Below are positions 40,600 through 56,029 of a stretch of DNA of 64,000 bases, piece by piece. The stretch's first letter is position 1. Every line of letters begins with the position of its first letter. The stretch lies in NCBI RefSeq assembly GCF_009914755.1, contig NC_060931.1; one strand, given 5' to 3'. The DNA comes from the human T2T-CHM13v2.0 reference genome, Homo sapiens. The position numbers and the translations under genes were made by a program. The notes beneath the pieces were generated by a model, which was not told the DNA's origin, made no database searches, and saw nothing but the letters and a program-made list of their open reading frames with translations.

Positions 40600-43330
40600 T
40601 GATTTCATTTGATAATGATGCCATTTGATTGCATTTGATGATTCCATTCTATTCCATTTGATGATGATTCCATTCGAGTCCATTCGATGATTCCATTCGA
40701 TTCCATTCGATGATGATTCCACTTAAGTCCATTCGATGATTCCATTCGTGTCCATTCTATAATTCTGTTAGATTCCATTCGATTATGATTCCATTTGATG
40801 CCATTCGATGATTCCATTCGATTCCATTCAAGGATGATTCCACTCTTGTCCATTCGATGATTGCATTCGAATCCATTTGATGATGATTCAATTCGTGTCC
40901 ATTCCATAATTCCATTCAATTCCGTTCGATGATGATTCCCTTCGAATCCATTCGATGATTCCATTCAATTACCATCGATGATTCTGTTCGATCCCATTCT
41001 ACGATTCCCTTCGATTCCATTCGATGATCTTTCCATTTGATGTAGTTCAGTGATTCCATTGGATTCCATTCGATGTTGATTCCAATAGATGTAATTCGAT
41101 GATGATTCCATTTGATTCCATTCGATTATGATTCCATTCGATTCAATTCGTTGATGACTCCATTCAGTTCTATTTCATGATGATTCTATTTGGTTTCATT
41201 CGATGATGATTCCATTAGATTCCATTCGATGATTCGATTCGATTACATTTGTTGATGATTCCATTTGATTCCATTCGATGATGATTCCATTTTATTCCAT
41301 TCAATGATGATTGCATTCTATTTCATTCGATAATGATTCTATTTGATTCCATTAGATGATGATTCCATTCGATTCCATTCGATGATGATTCCATTCGAGT
41401 CCATTCGATGGTTCCATTCCATTCCATTCGATGATAATTCCATTCGAGTCCATTTGATGTTTCCATTCAATTCCATTCGATGATAATTCCATTCATGTCC
41501 ATTCAATGATTCCATTCGATTCCATTCGATGATGATTGCTTTCGAGTCCATTCGATGATAGCATTCAAGTCCATTCGATTATTCCATTCAATTCCATTGA
41601 AAGTTGATTCAATTCTAGTCAATTTGATAATTGCATTCGATTCCATTCTCCGATGATTCCTCTCGAGTGCATTCAATGATTCCATTCAATTCCAGTCGAT
41701 GATGATTCCATTCGATTCCATTCCCTGATGATTGCATTCGATTCCATTCGATGATTCCCTTCGATTCCATCCAAAGTTGATTCCATTCGAGTCCATTTGA
41801 TTATTCCATTCAATTCCATTCTCCGATGATTTCATTCGAGTCCATTCGATGATTCCATTCAATTCCAGTCAATTCCGATTCCATGTGATTCCATTCAATA
41901 TTTCCATTTGAGTCCATTCGATGATGATTCCATTCGATTCCATTTGATGATTCCATTAGATTCCATTCGATGATTATTGCTTTTGTGTGCATTCGATGAT
42001 TCCATTCGAGTCCATTTGATGATTCCATTTGATTCCATTCGATGATGACTGCATTTAGTTCCATTCAATGATGATTCCATCAGATTCCATTTGGTGTCTC
42101 CATTCGATTCTATTCATTGATGATTCCATTTGATTCCTTTCGATGATGATTCTGTTAGATTAAATTCGATAATGATTCTGTGAAATTCTATTTGATGATG
42201 ATTCCATTCGATTCCATTCAATGATGACTTCATTAGATTCCATTTGATGATGATTCCATTCAATACCATTCAATGATGATTCCATTTGATTTCATTCGAT
42301 GATTCTATTTGATTCCATTCTATGATGATTCCCTTCTCTTCCATTCGATGACTCCATTCGATGCCATTTGATGATGATTCTATTCGATTCCATTTGATGG
42401 TGATTCTATTCGATTCCATTCAATGATGATTCCATTGGGGTCCATTCGATGATTCCATTCAATTCCATTCGATGATGATTCTATTCAATTACATTCGATG
42501 ATTCCATTCTATTCCATTCGATGATGATTCCATTTGAGTCAAATCAATGATTCCATTCGAGTCCATTTAGTGATTCCATTGGGTTCAATTCGTTGATGAT
42601 TACATTTTATTCCATTTGATGATTCCATTTGTTTCCATTCATTGATGATTCCATTCGACTCCTTTTGATGATGATTCCTTTCTATTTCATTCGTTGATGA
42701 TTCCATTCGTTTCCATTCAATGATGATTCCATTCGATTCCATTTCATGATGATTTCATTTGATTCCATTCAATGATGATTCAATTCCATTGCCTCTGATG
42801 ATTCTATTCGATTCCATTCGGTGATAATTCAATTCTATTGCATTCGATGATTCCATTCGATTCCATTCAATGTTGATTCCATTGGATTCCATTTGATGAT
42901 GATTCCATTCGATTGCAATCGATGATGATTCCATTTGTGTCTATTCAAATATTCCGTTCAATTCCATTCAATGATGGTTCCATTGGTGTCCATTCGATGA
43001 TTCCATTCCATTCCATTCGATGATGATTCTATTCAATCCCATTCGATGATGATTCCATTCGTTTCCATTTAATGATGATTCCGTTTGATTGCATTCGATC
43101 ATTCTATTTGATTCCATTCGAAGATGAGTCCATTCTATTCCATTTGATGATTCCATTCGATTCCATTCAATGATCATTCTATTCGACTCCATTTGATGAT
43201 GATTCCATTCTATTCCATTCGATGATGATTCCATTCATGTGCATTCGATGTTTCCATTCGATTCCATTCAATGACGATTCCATTCGAGTCCATTAGATCA
43301 TTCCATTCGATTCCATTTGAGGATGATTCC
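40600..43330 (+). repeat. ~2.7 kb HSat2 segment, copy A of a dispersed direct duplication
   Basis: Markers ACTTAAGTCC (40721/47221), CCATTGAAAGTTGATTCAATTCTAGTC (41594/48045), TCAAATCAATGA (42539/48990) and GGTTCCATTGGTGTCC (42976/49427) recur at offsets of 6500, then 6451. Confidence 0.85.
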
Positions 43331-46300
43331 ATTTGATGATTCCATTCGATTCCATTTGATGATGATTCCATTCGTGTCTATTTGATGATTCCATTCTTTT
43401 CCATTCGATGATGAGTCCATTCGAGTATATTCGATGATTCCATTCGAATCCATTCTATGATGATTATATTCGATTCAATTCGATGATTCCATTCGATTCC
43501 ATTAGATGATTCCATTCGAGTACATTCGATGATTCCGCTCGATTCCATTCGATGATTATTCCATTGGAGTCCATTTGGCGATTCCTTTAGATTCCACTCG
43601 AAGATGATTCCATTCGATTCCATTCGATGATACCGTTCGATTCCATTCATTGATGATTCCATTCAAGTGCATTTGATGATACCATTCGATTCCTTTTGAT
43701 GATGATTCCACTCGTTTCCATTCAATGATTCCATTCGATTCCATTCAATGATGATTGCATTCGAGTCAGTTCGATGATTCCATTGGAATCTATTTGATGA
43801 TGATTCCATTCAGTGATTCCATTCAATTCTATTTGATAATGATTCCAATCGATTCCATTTGATGATGATTCCATTGGATTCCATTCTATGATTCCATTTG
43901 ATTCCATTAGACAATGATGTCATTCGATTCCATTCGATGATTCCATTCGATTCTATTTGATGATGATTCCATTTGATTCCATTTGATGATGATTGCATTC
44001 GATTCCAATCAATGATTCCGATCGATTCCATTCAATGATTAGATTCGATTCCATTAGATTATTCCATTTGATTCCATTCGATAATGATTCCATTCGAGTC
44101 CATTCAATGATTCCATTCGAGCCCATTCGATAATTCCATTTGAGGCAAATCCATGATTCCATTCGATTTCTCCATTTGATTTCAATCGTTGATGTTTGCA
44201 TTCATTTCCATTAGATGATGATTCCTTTCGATTCCATTCGATGATGATTTCATTTGATAACATTCCATGATGATTCCATTCGATTCCTTTCGTTGATTCC
44301 ATTCGATTCCATTTGATGATGATACCATTTGTGTTGATTCTATTATTCCATTTGATTCCATTCGATGATGTTTCCATTCAAATCCATTCAATGATTTCAT
44401 TCAAGTCCATTCGATGATTCCTTTCAATTCCATTCAATGATGATTCCATTCGATGCTATTCGATGACTCCACTTGATTTGATTCGGTGATGATTCCATTT
44501 GACTCCATTCAGTGATTCCACTCGAGTCCATTCGGTTATTTCATTAGATTCTATTTGATGATGATTCCATTTGATGCCATTCGACGATTCTATTTGATTC
44601 CATTCAATGATGATTCCATTTGAGTTTATTTGATAATGACTGCATTCGATTCCATTCGATGATTCCATTTGATTCCATTCGATGATGACTCTGATCAATT
44701 CCATTTGATGATTCAATTTGGTTCCATTTCATGATTCCATTTGATTCCATTCAAAAATGATTCCATTCGAGTCCATTTGATGATTCCATTCGAGCCCATT
44801 TGATAATTCTATTTGAGTCCAATCCATGATTCCATTTGAGTCCATTCGTTCATTCCATGTGAGTCCATTCGATGATGCTTCCATTCAAGTCCATTCGATG
44901 ATTCCATTCCAGTCCATTCCATAATTCCATTTGAGTCAATTCGATGATGCTTTTGATTCCGTTTGATGATATTCCATTCGAGTACATTTGATGATTCCTT
45001 TTGATTCTATTCGAAGATGATTCCATTTGTGTCCAGTTGGTGATTCCATTTGATTTCATTCGATGATGATTCCTTTCGATTCCACTCAATTATTCCATTC
45101 GAGTCCATGCAATGATTAAATTCAAGTCCATTTGATGATTCCCTTCAATTCCACTTGATGTTTCCATTCGAGTAAATTCGATGATTCCATTTGATTCCAT
45201 TCAATGATGATTCCATTCGAGTCCATTCGATGATTCTATTCGAATCCATTTGATGATTGCTTTTGATTATACTTGATGAAGATTCCATTCGATTCCATTC
45301 GATGATGCTTCCATTCGAATCCCTTTGATGATTCCATTTGATTCCATTCTCTGATGATTACATTCGAGTCCAATCAATGATTCCTCTCAATTCCATATGA
45401 TGATGATTCCATTTGATTCCATTCCATGATTCCATTCTACTGCATTCAATAATGATTCTCTTTGAGTAAATTAGATGATTCCATTCGATTCCATTTGATG
45501 ATTATTCTATTCGTGCCCATTAGATGATTCCACACAATTCCATTCGATGATGATTCTATTCGAGTCCATTCGATGACTCCATTCGATTCCATTCGAGGAT
45601 GATTCCATTCAATTCCATTCATTGGTGATTGCATTCAATTCCATTCATTGATTCCATTCCTTTCCATTCGCCAATGATTCCATTCGATTCCATTCCATGA
45701 TTTCACTTGATTCAACTTGATGATGATTCCATTCGATTCCATTTGATGATTCCCTTTGATTCCACTCGATGATGATTGCTTCGATTCCGTTCGATGATTC
45801 CATTCGATTCCATTGGATGATGATTCCGTTCGATTTCATTTGATGACTCCATTCGATTCCATTGGATGATGATTCTGTTCAATTTCATTTGATGATTCCT
45901 TTTGATTCTATTCGAGGATTGCATTCGATTCCATTCGATGATGATTCCATTTGAGTCCATTCGATGATTTCATTCGAGTCCATTCAATGATTCAATTCGA
46001 GTCCATTTGATGATTTCATTCGATTCCGTTTGATGATGATTCCATTAGAGTCAGTTCGATGACTCCAGTTGAGTCCATTCGATAATTCCATTTGAGCCCA
46101 TTCAATGATTCCATTCGATTCCATTTGATGATTCCATTCGTGTCCATTTGATCATTACTTTCGTGTCCATTCAGTGATTCCATTGGATTACTTTTGATGA
46201 TATTCCCATTCGATTCCATTTGATGATGATCCCATTCGATTCCATTCAATGATGATTCCATTCGAGTCCATTCAGTGATTCCATTTGATTCCATTCAATG

Positions 46301-47099
46301 ATGATTGCATTCTGTTCCTTTTGATGATTCCATTCGAGTCCCTTCATTGATTCCATCTGATTCCATTTTATGATGATTCCATTCGAGTCCATTCGATGAT
46401 TGCATTCGATTTCATTGGTTGATTTAATTGGAGTCTACTCGATTATTCCATTCGAGTCCATTTGATGATTCCATTTGATTCCATTCGATGATAATTCCAT
46501 TCGAGTCCATTTGATGATGATTCCATTCGTTTCCATTCGATGATTCGGTTTGATTCCATTAGATGATGCCCTGTGATTCCTTTCCATGATGATGCCATTC
46601 CATTCCATTCGATGGTTCCATTCTATTCTATTCCATGATGATTCCTTTTGATTCCATTCACTGATGATTCCATTCGATTCCATTCAGTGGAGGATTCCAT
46701 TCAATTCCATTCGATGATGACTGCATTTGGTTCCATTCGATGATGATTCGAATGGATTCCATTTGATTTCTCCATTCGATTACATTCATTGATGATTCCA
46801 TTCGCTCCCAATACTTTATTATTCCATTAGATTTCATTCGATGATGATTCCATTCGATACCATTCGATGACGATACCATTCGATCCCATTCAATGATGAT
46901 TCCATTCGATTCCATTCGATGATTCCATTCAACTCCATTCTATGATTATTCCATTCGAGTTAATTCAATGTCTCCATTCGATACCATTCGATGATGATTT
47001 CATTCGAGTCCATTCATTGATTCCATTCCAGTCCATTTGATGATTCCTTTCAATTCCTTTCGATGATGATTACATTCTAGTCCATTCAATGATTCCATT

Positions 47100-49780
47100 T
47101 GATTTCATTTGATGACGATGCCATTTGATTGTATTTGATGATTCCATTATATTCCATTTGATGATGATTCCATTCGAGTCCATTCGATGATTCCATTCGA
47201 TTCCATTCGATGATGATTCCACTTAAGTCCAATCGATGATTCCATTCGTGTCCATTCTATGATTCCGTTAGATTCCATTCGATGATGATTCCATTTGATG
47301 CCATTCAATGATTCCATTTGAATCCATTCAAGGATGATTCCACTCGTGTCCATTCGATGATTGCATTTGATTCCATTTGATGATGATTCCCTTCGAATCC
47401 ATTCGATGATTCCATTCAATTACCATCGATGATTCTGTTCGATCCCATTCTATGATTCCCTTCGATTCCATTTGATGATCATTCCATTCGATATAATTCA
47501 GTGATTCCATTGGATTCCATTCGATGTTGATTCCATTAGATTCAATTCGATGATGATTCCATTCGATTCCATTCGATGATAATTCCATTCGATTCAATTC
47601 GATGATGACTCCATTCAGTTCTATTTCATGATGATTCTATTTGGTTTCATTCGATCATGATTCCATTAGATTCCATTTGATGATTCCATTCAATTACATT
47701 TGTTGATGATTCCATTCGATTCCATTCAATGATGATTCCATTTTATTCCATTCAATGATGATTGCATTCTATTTCATTCGATAGTGATTCTATTCGATTC
47801 CATTAGATGATGATTCCATTTGATTCTATTCAATGATGATTCCATTAGAGTCCATTCAATGGTTCTATTCCATTCCATTCCATGATAATTCCATTCGAGT
47901 CCATTTGATGGTTCCATTCAATTCCATTCGATGATAATTCCATTCATGTCCATTCAATGATTCCATTCGATTCCATTCGATGATGATTGCTTTCGAGTCC
48001 ATTCGATGATAGCATTCAAGTCCATTCGATTATTCCATTCAATTCCATTGAAAGTTGATTCAATTCTAGTCCATTTGATAATTCCATTTGATTCCATTCT
48101 CCGATGATTCCTCTCGAGTGCACTCAATGATTTCATTCAATTCCAGTCGATGATGATTCCATTCGATTCCATTCCCTGATGATTGCATTCGATTCCATTC
48201 GTTGATTCCCTTCGATTCCATTCAACGTTGATTCCATTCGAGTCCATTCGATTATTCCATTCAATTCCATTATCTGATGATTTCATTCGACTCCATTCGA
48301 TGATTCCATTCAATTCCCGTCAATTACGATTCCATTCGATTGCATTCAATATTTTCATTCGAGTCCATTCGATGTTGATTCCATTCGATTCCTTTTGATG
48401 ATTCCATTAGATTCCATTAGATGATTATTGCTTTTGTGTGCATTCGATGATTCCATTCGAGTCTATTCGATGATTCCATTTGATTCCATTCCATGATGAC
48501 TTCCTTCAGTTCCATTCGATGATGATTCCAACAGATTCCATTTGGTGACTCCATTCGATTCTATTCATTGATGATTCAACTTGATTCCATTCGATGATGA
48601 TTCTGTTAGATTCAATTCGATGATGATTCTGTTAAATTCAATTCGATGATGATTCCATTCGATTCCATTTGATGATGATTCCATTAGATTCCATTTGATG
48701 AAGATTCCATTCAATTCCATTCGATGATGATTCTATTTGATTTCATTCGATGATTCTATTTGATTCCATTCTATGATGATTCCCTTCTCTTCCATTCGAT
48801 GACTCCGTTCGATGCCATTTGATGATGATTCTATTCGATACCATCTGATGATGTTTCTATTCGATTCCATTCAATGATGATTCCATTCGAGTCCATTCGA
48901 TGATTCCATTCAATTCCATTCGATGATGATTCTATTCAATTCCATTCGATGATTCCATTCTATTCCATTCGATGATGATTCCTTTTGAGTCAAATCAATG
49001 ATTCCATTCGAGTCCATTTAGTGATTCCATTGGATTTAATTCGATGATGATTACATTTTATTCCATTCGATGATTCCATTTGTTTCCATTCATTGATGAT
49101 TCCATTCGACTGCTTTTAATGATGATTCCTTTCTATTTCATTCGTTGATTATTCCATTCGTTTCCATTCGATGATGATTCCATTCGATTCCATTTCATGA
49201 TGATTTCATTCGATTCCATTCAATGACGATTCAATTCCATTTCATTCAATGATTCTATTCGATTCCATTCAGTGATAATTCAATTCTATTGCATTTGAGG
49301 ATTCCATTCGATTCCATTCGATAATGATTCCATTGGATTCCATTTGATGATGATTCCATTCAATTGCAATCGATGATGATTCCAATTGTGTCTATTCGAA
49401 TATTCCGTTCAATTGCATTCGATGATGGTTCCATTGGTGTCCATTAGATGATTCCATTCCGTTCCATTCGATGATGATTCTATTCAATTCCATTCGATGA
49501 TGATTCCATTCGTTTCCATTTAATGATGATTCCGTTTGATTGGATTCGATCATTCTATTTGATTCCATTCGAAGACGAGTCCATTCTATTCCATTCGATG
49601 ATTCCATTCGATTCCATTCAATGATCATTCTATTCGATTACATTTGATGATTATTCCATTCGATTCCATTCGATGATGATTCCATTCGTGTCCATTTGAT
49701 GTTTCCATTCGATTCCATTCAACGAAGATTCCATTCGAGTCCATTAGATCATTCCATTCGATTCCATTAGATGATGATTC
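47100..49780 (+). repeat. ~2.7 kb HSat2 segment, copy B of the same duplication
   Basis: Same markers as 40600-43330. ORF-track peptides 41503..41685 and 47954..48136 are nearly identical. Confidence 0.85.
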
Positions 49781-52700
49781 CATCTGATACCATTCAATGA
49801 TACCATTCGATTCCATTCAATGATGATTCCATTGTAATCCATTTGATGATTCCATTCCATTCCATTTGGTGAGAATTCCATTTGAATCCATTCAATGGTT
49901 CCATTCCTTTCTATTCGATGATGATTCCATGAGTCCTTTAGATGATTCCATTCGATTCCAATGGATGATGATTCCATTTGAGTCCATTAGATGATTCCAT
50001 TTGATTAAATTCAATGATATTTCCATTCGAGTTCATTCGATGATTGCACTCGTTTCCATACGATGAAGATTCCATTTGATTCCATTTGATGATTCCATTC
50101 TTTTGCATTTGATGATTATTCCATTCGGTTACATTTGATGATTCCTTTCTATTCCATCTGATGATGATTCCATTCGTTTACATTAGATGTTTCAATGTGA
50201 TTCTATTCGATGATGATTCTATTCGTGTCCATTACATGATTGCATTCGATTCCATTCGATGATGATTCCATTCTATTCAATTCGATGATTATTCCATTCG
50301 GGTCCATTAGATGATTGCTTTCGATTCCATTCGATGATGATTCCATTCTATTCCATTCAAAGATGATTACATTCATGTCCATTAGATGATTCCATTTGAT
50401 TAAATTCGATGATGATGGCATTCTATTCCATTCGGTGATGCTTCCATTCATTTCAATTAGATGATTCCATTCGGGTCCATTCAATGATTCCATTCTACTC
50501 CATTCAATGATGATTCCATTCAAGTCCATTCGATGATTCTATTAGAATCCATTAAATGATTGCTTTTGATTCCATTCAATGATGATTCCATACCATTCCG
50601 TTCGATGATGATTCCATTCGATACCATACTATGATTCCTTTAGATTCCATTTGATGTTGATTCCATTCGATTTAATTCGATGATTCTATTCGAATCCATT
50701 TGATGATGGTTCCATTCGATTCCATTCTATGATTCCATTTTATTACATTTGAGGATGATTCCAATTGACTCCATTTGATGATTCCTTTCGATTCCATTCA
50801 ATGATGATTCCATTTGAGTCCATTCGATGATTCCTTTTGATTCTATTCGATGATGATTCCATGTGAGTGCATTCAATGGTGATTCCATTCGTTTCCATTC
50901 GATGATTCCATTTGATTCCTTTCGATGATTATTGCATTCGATTCCATTCGATGATTCCATTTGATTCCATTCAACGATGATTCCATTTGATTCCATTCGA
51001 TGGTGATTCCATTCAAGTCCTTTCGATGATTCCATTAGAGGCCATTTGATGATTCCATTTGGTTCCATTCGATGATGATTCTATTGTATTCCATTCGTTG
51101 ATGATTCCAATCGATACCGTTTGAAGATGATTCCATTCAATTGCATTCGATGATGATTCCATTTGGTTCCATTCGTTGATTCCATTCGATTCCATTCGAT
51201 GATGGTTCCATTTGATTCCATTCAATGTTTCCTTTAGATTCTATTCAATGATTATTCCATTCGAGTCCATTCAATGGTGATTCCATTCTATTGCATTCTA
51301 TGGTTCCATTCAATTCCATTTTATGATGATTGCATTAGATTCCATTCGATGATTCCATTTGATTTTATTCAAAGATGATTCCATTCGATTTCATTCGATA
51401 ATTCCATTTGGTTCCATTTGATGATTCCAATGGATTCCATTTGATGATGATCTCATTCGAGTCCGTTTGATGATTCCATTCAATTCCATTCGATGATGAT
51501 TCCATTCGTGTCCATTCCATGATTCCATTCCATTCCATTTGATGATGATTCTATTCAATTCCATTCCATAATGATTTCATTCAATTCCATTCAATGATGA
51601 TTCCATTTGATTTCATTCGATGATTCTATTTGATTCCATTCAAAGATGATTCCCTTCTTTTCCATTCAATGATTCCATTCGATTTCGTTCGATGATGATT
51701 CCATTCTAATCCATTTGATGATTCCATTCCATTACATTCGATGATGATTCCATTCGAGTCCAGTCGATGACTCCATTCGATTCCATTAGATGATGATCCC
51801 ATTCGAGTCGATTCAATGATTCAATGCGATTTCATTCGATAATAATTACATTCGATACTATTCGATCATTCCTTTCGATTCCATTTGATGATGATTCCTT
51901 TCAAGTCCATTTGATGATTCCATTCAATTCTATTCGATGATGATTCCATTCGAGTCCATTCAATGATTCCATTCAATTACATATGATGATGATTCAATTC
52001 GATTCCATTTGATGATTCCATTCGATTCCTTTCATTGATGATTGCATTCGAGTCCATTCGATGATTCCATTTGATTTCATTCGATGATGATTACATTCAA
52101 GTCCATTTGATCATTCTGTTCGAATCCACTTGATGATTGCTTTCTATCATATTCCATGATGGTTCCATTCGTGTCCACTAAATGATTCCATTCAATTCCA
52201 TTCGATGATGACTCCATTCGGGTCCATTCAATTATTCCTTTCAGTTCTATTCGATGATGATTCCATTCGATTCCATTCAATGGTGATTCCATTCAATTCC
52301 TTTCGATGGTTCCATTCGATTCCATTCGCTGATAATTTCATTATATTCCATTAGATGATTCCATTCAATTTTATTCAAAGATGATTCCATTTGATTCCAT
52401 TCGATATTTCCATTCGATTCCATTAGATGATTCCAATGGATTCCATTTGATGATGATTCTATTCGCGTCCATTTGATGATTCCATTCAATTCCATTCGAT
52501 GATGATTCCATTCAAGTCCATTCAATGATTCCATTCGATTCCATTCGATAATGATTCTGCTCGAGTCCTTTCGATGATTTCATTCGAGTCCATTCGATTA
52601 TTCCATTAGATTCCATTTGATGATGATTCCATTCGATACCTTTCAATGATTCAACGATGATTCCATTCGTGTCTATTCGCTGATTCCATTCAATTCCATT

Positions 52701-55480
52701 TGATGATGATTCCATTCGAATCCCTTCAATGATTACACTCGATTCCATTTGATGATGGTTAAATTGAAATCCATTTGATGATTCCCCTCGATTCCATTCA
52801 ATGACTCCGTTCAATCCCATTCGATGATTCCCTTCTATTCCATTCGATGATCATTCCATTTGATTCAATTCAGTGATTCCATTCAATTAATGATGATTCC
52901 ATTCGAGTCCATTCGATGATTCCATTCAATTCCATTCATTGATTATTCCATTCAAATCCATTTGACGATGCCTTTCAACTCCCTTCGATGATTCCGTTCA
53001 ATCCCATTCAATGATTCTCTTTGATTCCATTCGATTTTCATTCCATTCTATTCAATTTGGTGATTCCATTCGATTCCATTCAATGATGATTCCATTCAAT
53101 TAGATTCGATTATGATTCCATTCAATTCCATTCGATGATGACTCCGTTTGGTTCCATTTGACGAAGATTCATTCGGTTCCATTCGATGATGATTCCATTT
53201 GGTTCCATTCGATGATTCCATTCAATTTCATTTTTTGACAATTCCATTTGATTCTACTCAATGATGATTCCATTTGATTCCATTTGATGATGATTCCATT
53301 TGATTGCATTCGATGATTCTATTTGATTCCATTTGATGATGATTCCCTTCTATTCCATTCGATGACTCCATTTGATTCCATTTGATTATGATTCTGTTCG
53401 ATTGCATTTGATGATGATTCTATTCGATTCCATGCGATGATGATCCCATTCGTGTCTATTCGATGATTCCTTTAGATTCCATTCTATGATGATTCCATTC
53501 GAGTCCATTCGATGATTCCGTTTGATTTCATTCGATGATGATTCCATTCATTCCATTCGATGATTCCATTCTATTCCATTTGATGGTTATTCCATTTGAG
53601 TCGAATCGATGATTCCATTCGAGTCCATTTAATGATTCTATTGGGTTCAATTCGATGATGATTACATTTTATTCCATTCAATGATTCCATTTGTTTCCAT
53701 TCGTTGATGATTCCATTCGATTCCTTTCAGTGATGATTCCTTTCGATTTCATTCATTGATGATTCTCTTCGGTTCCATTTGATGATGATTCCGTTTGATT
53801 CCATTTGATGATGAGTTCATTCGATTCCATTCAATGATGATTCCATTCCTTTTCATTGGGTGATTCTATTCGATTCCATTCGATGATGATTCCTTTCGAT
53901 TCCATTTGATGATGATTGCATTCGATTGCACTTGATGATTCCATTTGATTCCATTCGAAGATTCCATTCGTTTCCATTTGGTGATTGTTCCATTGGTGTC
54001 CATTCAATGATTACCTTCCATTCCATTCGATGATGATTCTATTCAATTCCATTCGATGATGATTCCAATCGTTTCCATTCAATGATGATTCCATTCTGTT
54101 GCATTTGATGATTCTATTTGATTCCATTCGAAGATGAATCCATTCTCTTCCATTCGACGATTCCATTCGATTCCATTCAATGATGATTCTATTCGATTAC
54201 ATTTGATGATGAATCCATTCGAATCCATTCGATCATGATTCCATTTATGTCCATTTGATGTTTCCATTTGTTTCCATTCAACGACAATTCCATTCAAGTC
54301 CAATAGATCATTCCATTCGATTCCGTTCAATGATGATTCCATTTGATGCTGTTCGAAGATTCCATTTGATTTCATTCCATGATGATTCCATTCTAATCCA
54401 TTTGATGATTCCATTCCATTCCATTCGATGATGATTCCATTTGAGTCCATTCGATGATTCTATTCAATTCCATTCGATGATGATTCCATTCGATGCTATT
54501 CGATGATTCCATTCGATTCCATTCGATGATGATTCCATTCGAGTCCATTCGATGATTCCATTCGATTCCATTCTCCGATTATTACATTAGAGTCCATTCG
54601 ATGATTGCACTCGATTCCATATGATGAAGATTCCATTCGATTCCGTTTGATGATTCCATTCTATTCCATTCAATGATGATTCCATTTGGGTACATTAGAT
54701 GATTCCATTCGATTCCATTCGATGATGATTCTATTCGTGTCAATTACATGATTCCATTTGATTCCATTCAATGATGATTCCATTAAATTCAATTTGATGA
54801 TGATTCCATTCGGGTCCATTAGATGATTCCATTCCATTCCATTCGATGATGATTCCATTCTATTCCATTGAAAGATGATTCCATTCGGGTCCATTAGATG
54901 ATTCCATTCGATTCCATTTGATGACGATTCCGTTCTATTCCATTCAATGATGATTCCATTCGTGTCCATTAGATGATTCCATTCAATTCCATTCGATCGT
55001 GATTCCATTCGTGTCCATTCGATGATTTCATTCTACTCCATTCGATGATTCAGTTCATGTCCATTCAATGATTCTATTAGAGTCCATTGAATGATTGCTT
55101 TTGATTCCATTTAATGATGATTCCATTCCATTCCATTCGATGATGATTCCATTCTATACTATTTTATGATTCCTTTCAATTGCATTTGATGTTGATTCCA
55201 TTCTATTTCATTTGATGATTCTATTCGAATCCATTCAATTATGATTCCATTGGATTCCATTCGATGATTCCATTCGCTTCCATTCAATGATGATTCCATT
55301 TGATTCTATTCGATGATGATTCCTTTCGAGTCCATTCGTTGATGATTCCATTCAAGTCCATTGCATGATGATGCCTTTCGAGTCCATTCGCTGAGGACTC
55401 CATTCAATTCCATTCGATGATGATTCCATTTGATTCCATTCGATGATAATTCCATTCTATTCCATTCGATGATGATTCCA

Positions 55481-55768
55481 TTCCATTCCACTACATTCCA
55501 TTACGTCCGATTCCATTCCACTCCATTCCACTCCTCTCCTCTGCACTCCACTCCACTCCACTCCATTGCATTACATTCCATTATATTCCACTGCTTTCCA
55601 TTCCATTCCTTTCTTTCAAGAGTGTCTCACTCTGTCACCCTTCCTGTAGCACAATGGCACAATCTCATCTCCCATTCCATTCCATTCCTCTCCATTCCAT
55701 TCCTCTCCATTCAATTCCATTCGATTCAATTCCATTCACTTCCAATCCATTCCATTCTATTCCATTCG
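55481..55768 (+). repeat. Degenerate HSat3-like (CATTC/CACTC) terminal cap of the array
   Basis: GATGAT motifs stop near 55476. Pentamers become CATTC, CACTC, CTCTC and CATTA, and the satellite ends abruptly at ...TCCATTCG|AAAGAGAAAAAG. Confidence 0.85.
55610..55672 (-). mobile_element. ~63 bp old Alu (AluJ-like) 3'-end fragment embedded in degenerate satellite
   Basis: TTTCTTTCAAGAGTGTCTCACTCTGTCACCCTTCCTGTAGCACAATGGCACAATCTCATCTC aligns by eye with the antisense Alu 3' end TTTTTTGAGACAGAGTCTCGCTCTGTCGCCCAGGCTGGAGTGCAGTGGCGCGATCTCGGCTC, with CpGs decayed to CA. Subfamily is not resolved. Confidence 0.85.
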
Positions 55769-56029
55769 AAAGAGAAAAAGAGTTGCAAAGTCATACTCAA
55801 TTTTCTGCTCTTGTCAGACAGTTAAGGGTTCTTTGAATACTTCAGCCCTAATAATTTTGTTTTTATCATACATATTGCAGTGCTTATCTAATTTTAAATA
55901 TATTTTTGTTTCAAAACCCAGTTTCTTATTTGTTCTATCTGTATGTTTGCAATATATTTTACTCTGTGTTCATTCTTTGATTTCAGAACTTCAATCTTTC
56001 TGAAGCATATTTTCAGAGTTTCTCAGTAG

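Larger units (their letters stand above)
29255..55480 (+). repeat. Human satellite 2 (HSat2 / HSATII) array
   Basis: Diverged 23/26-bp units of the type ATTCCATTCG-ATTCCATTCG-ATG(ATG), with GAGTCCATTCG variants and dense TCGA and GANTC sites. There are no CAACCCGAGT nodes. Confidence 0.96.

Noticed and set aside
29320-55491. Minus-strand ORFs with MESNGIIEWN repeats
   Set aside because: These are translations of the HSat2 monomer. The strand bias arises because TGA (from GATGAT) closes the + frames. There is no domain signal.
1-55768. Alpha satellite, CENP-B boxes or telomeric repeats
   Set aside because: I saw no 171-bp monomers and no TTAGGG arrays. Isolated TTAGGG words are node variants.
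55430-55836. ORFs crossing the satellite/Alu/unique boundary (131 aa, 60 aa)
   Set aside because: They consist of satellite and Alu-derived residues (the RVSHSVT...AQWHNL stretch is an antisense Alu translation). There is no support for a gene.
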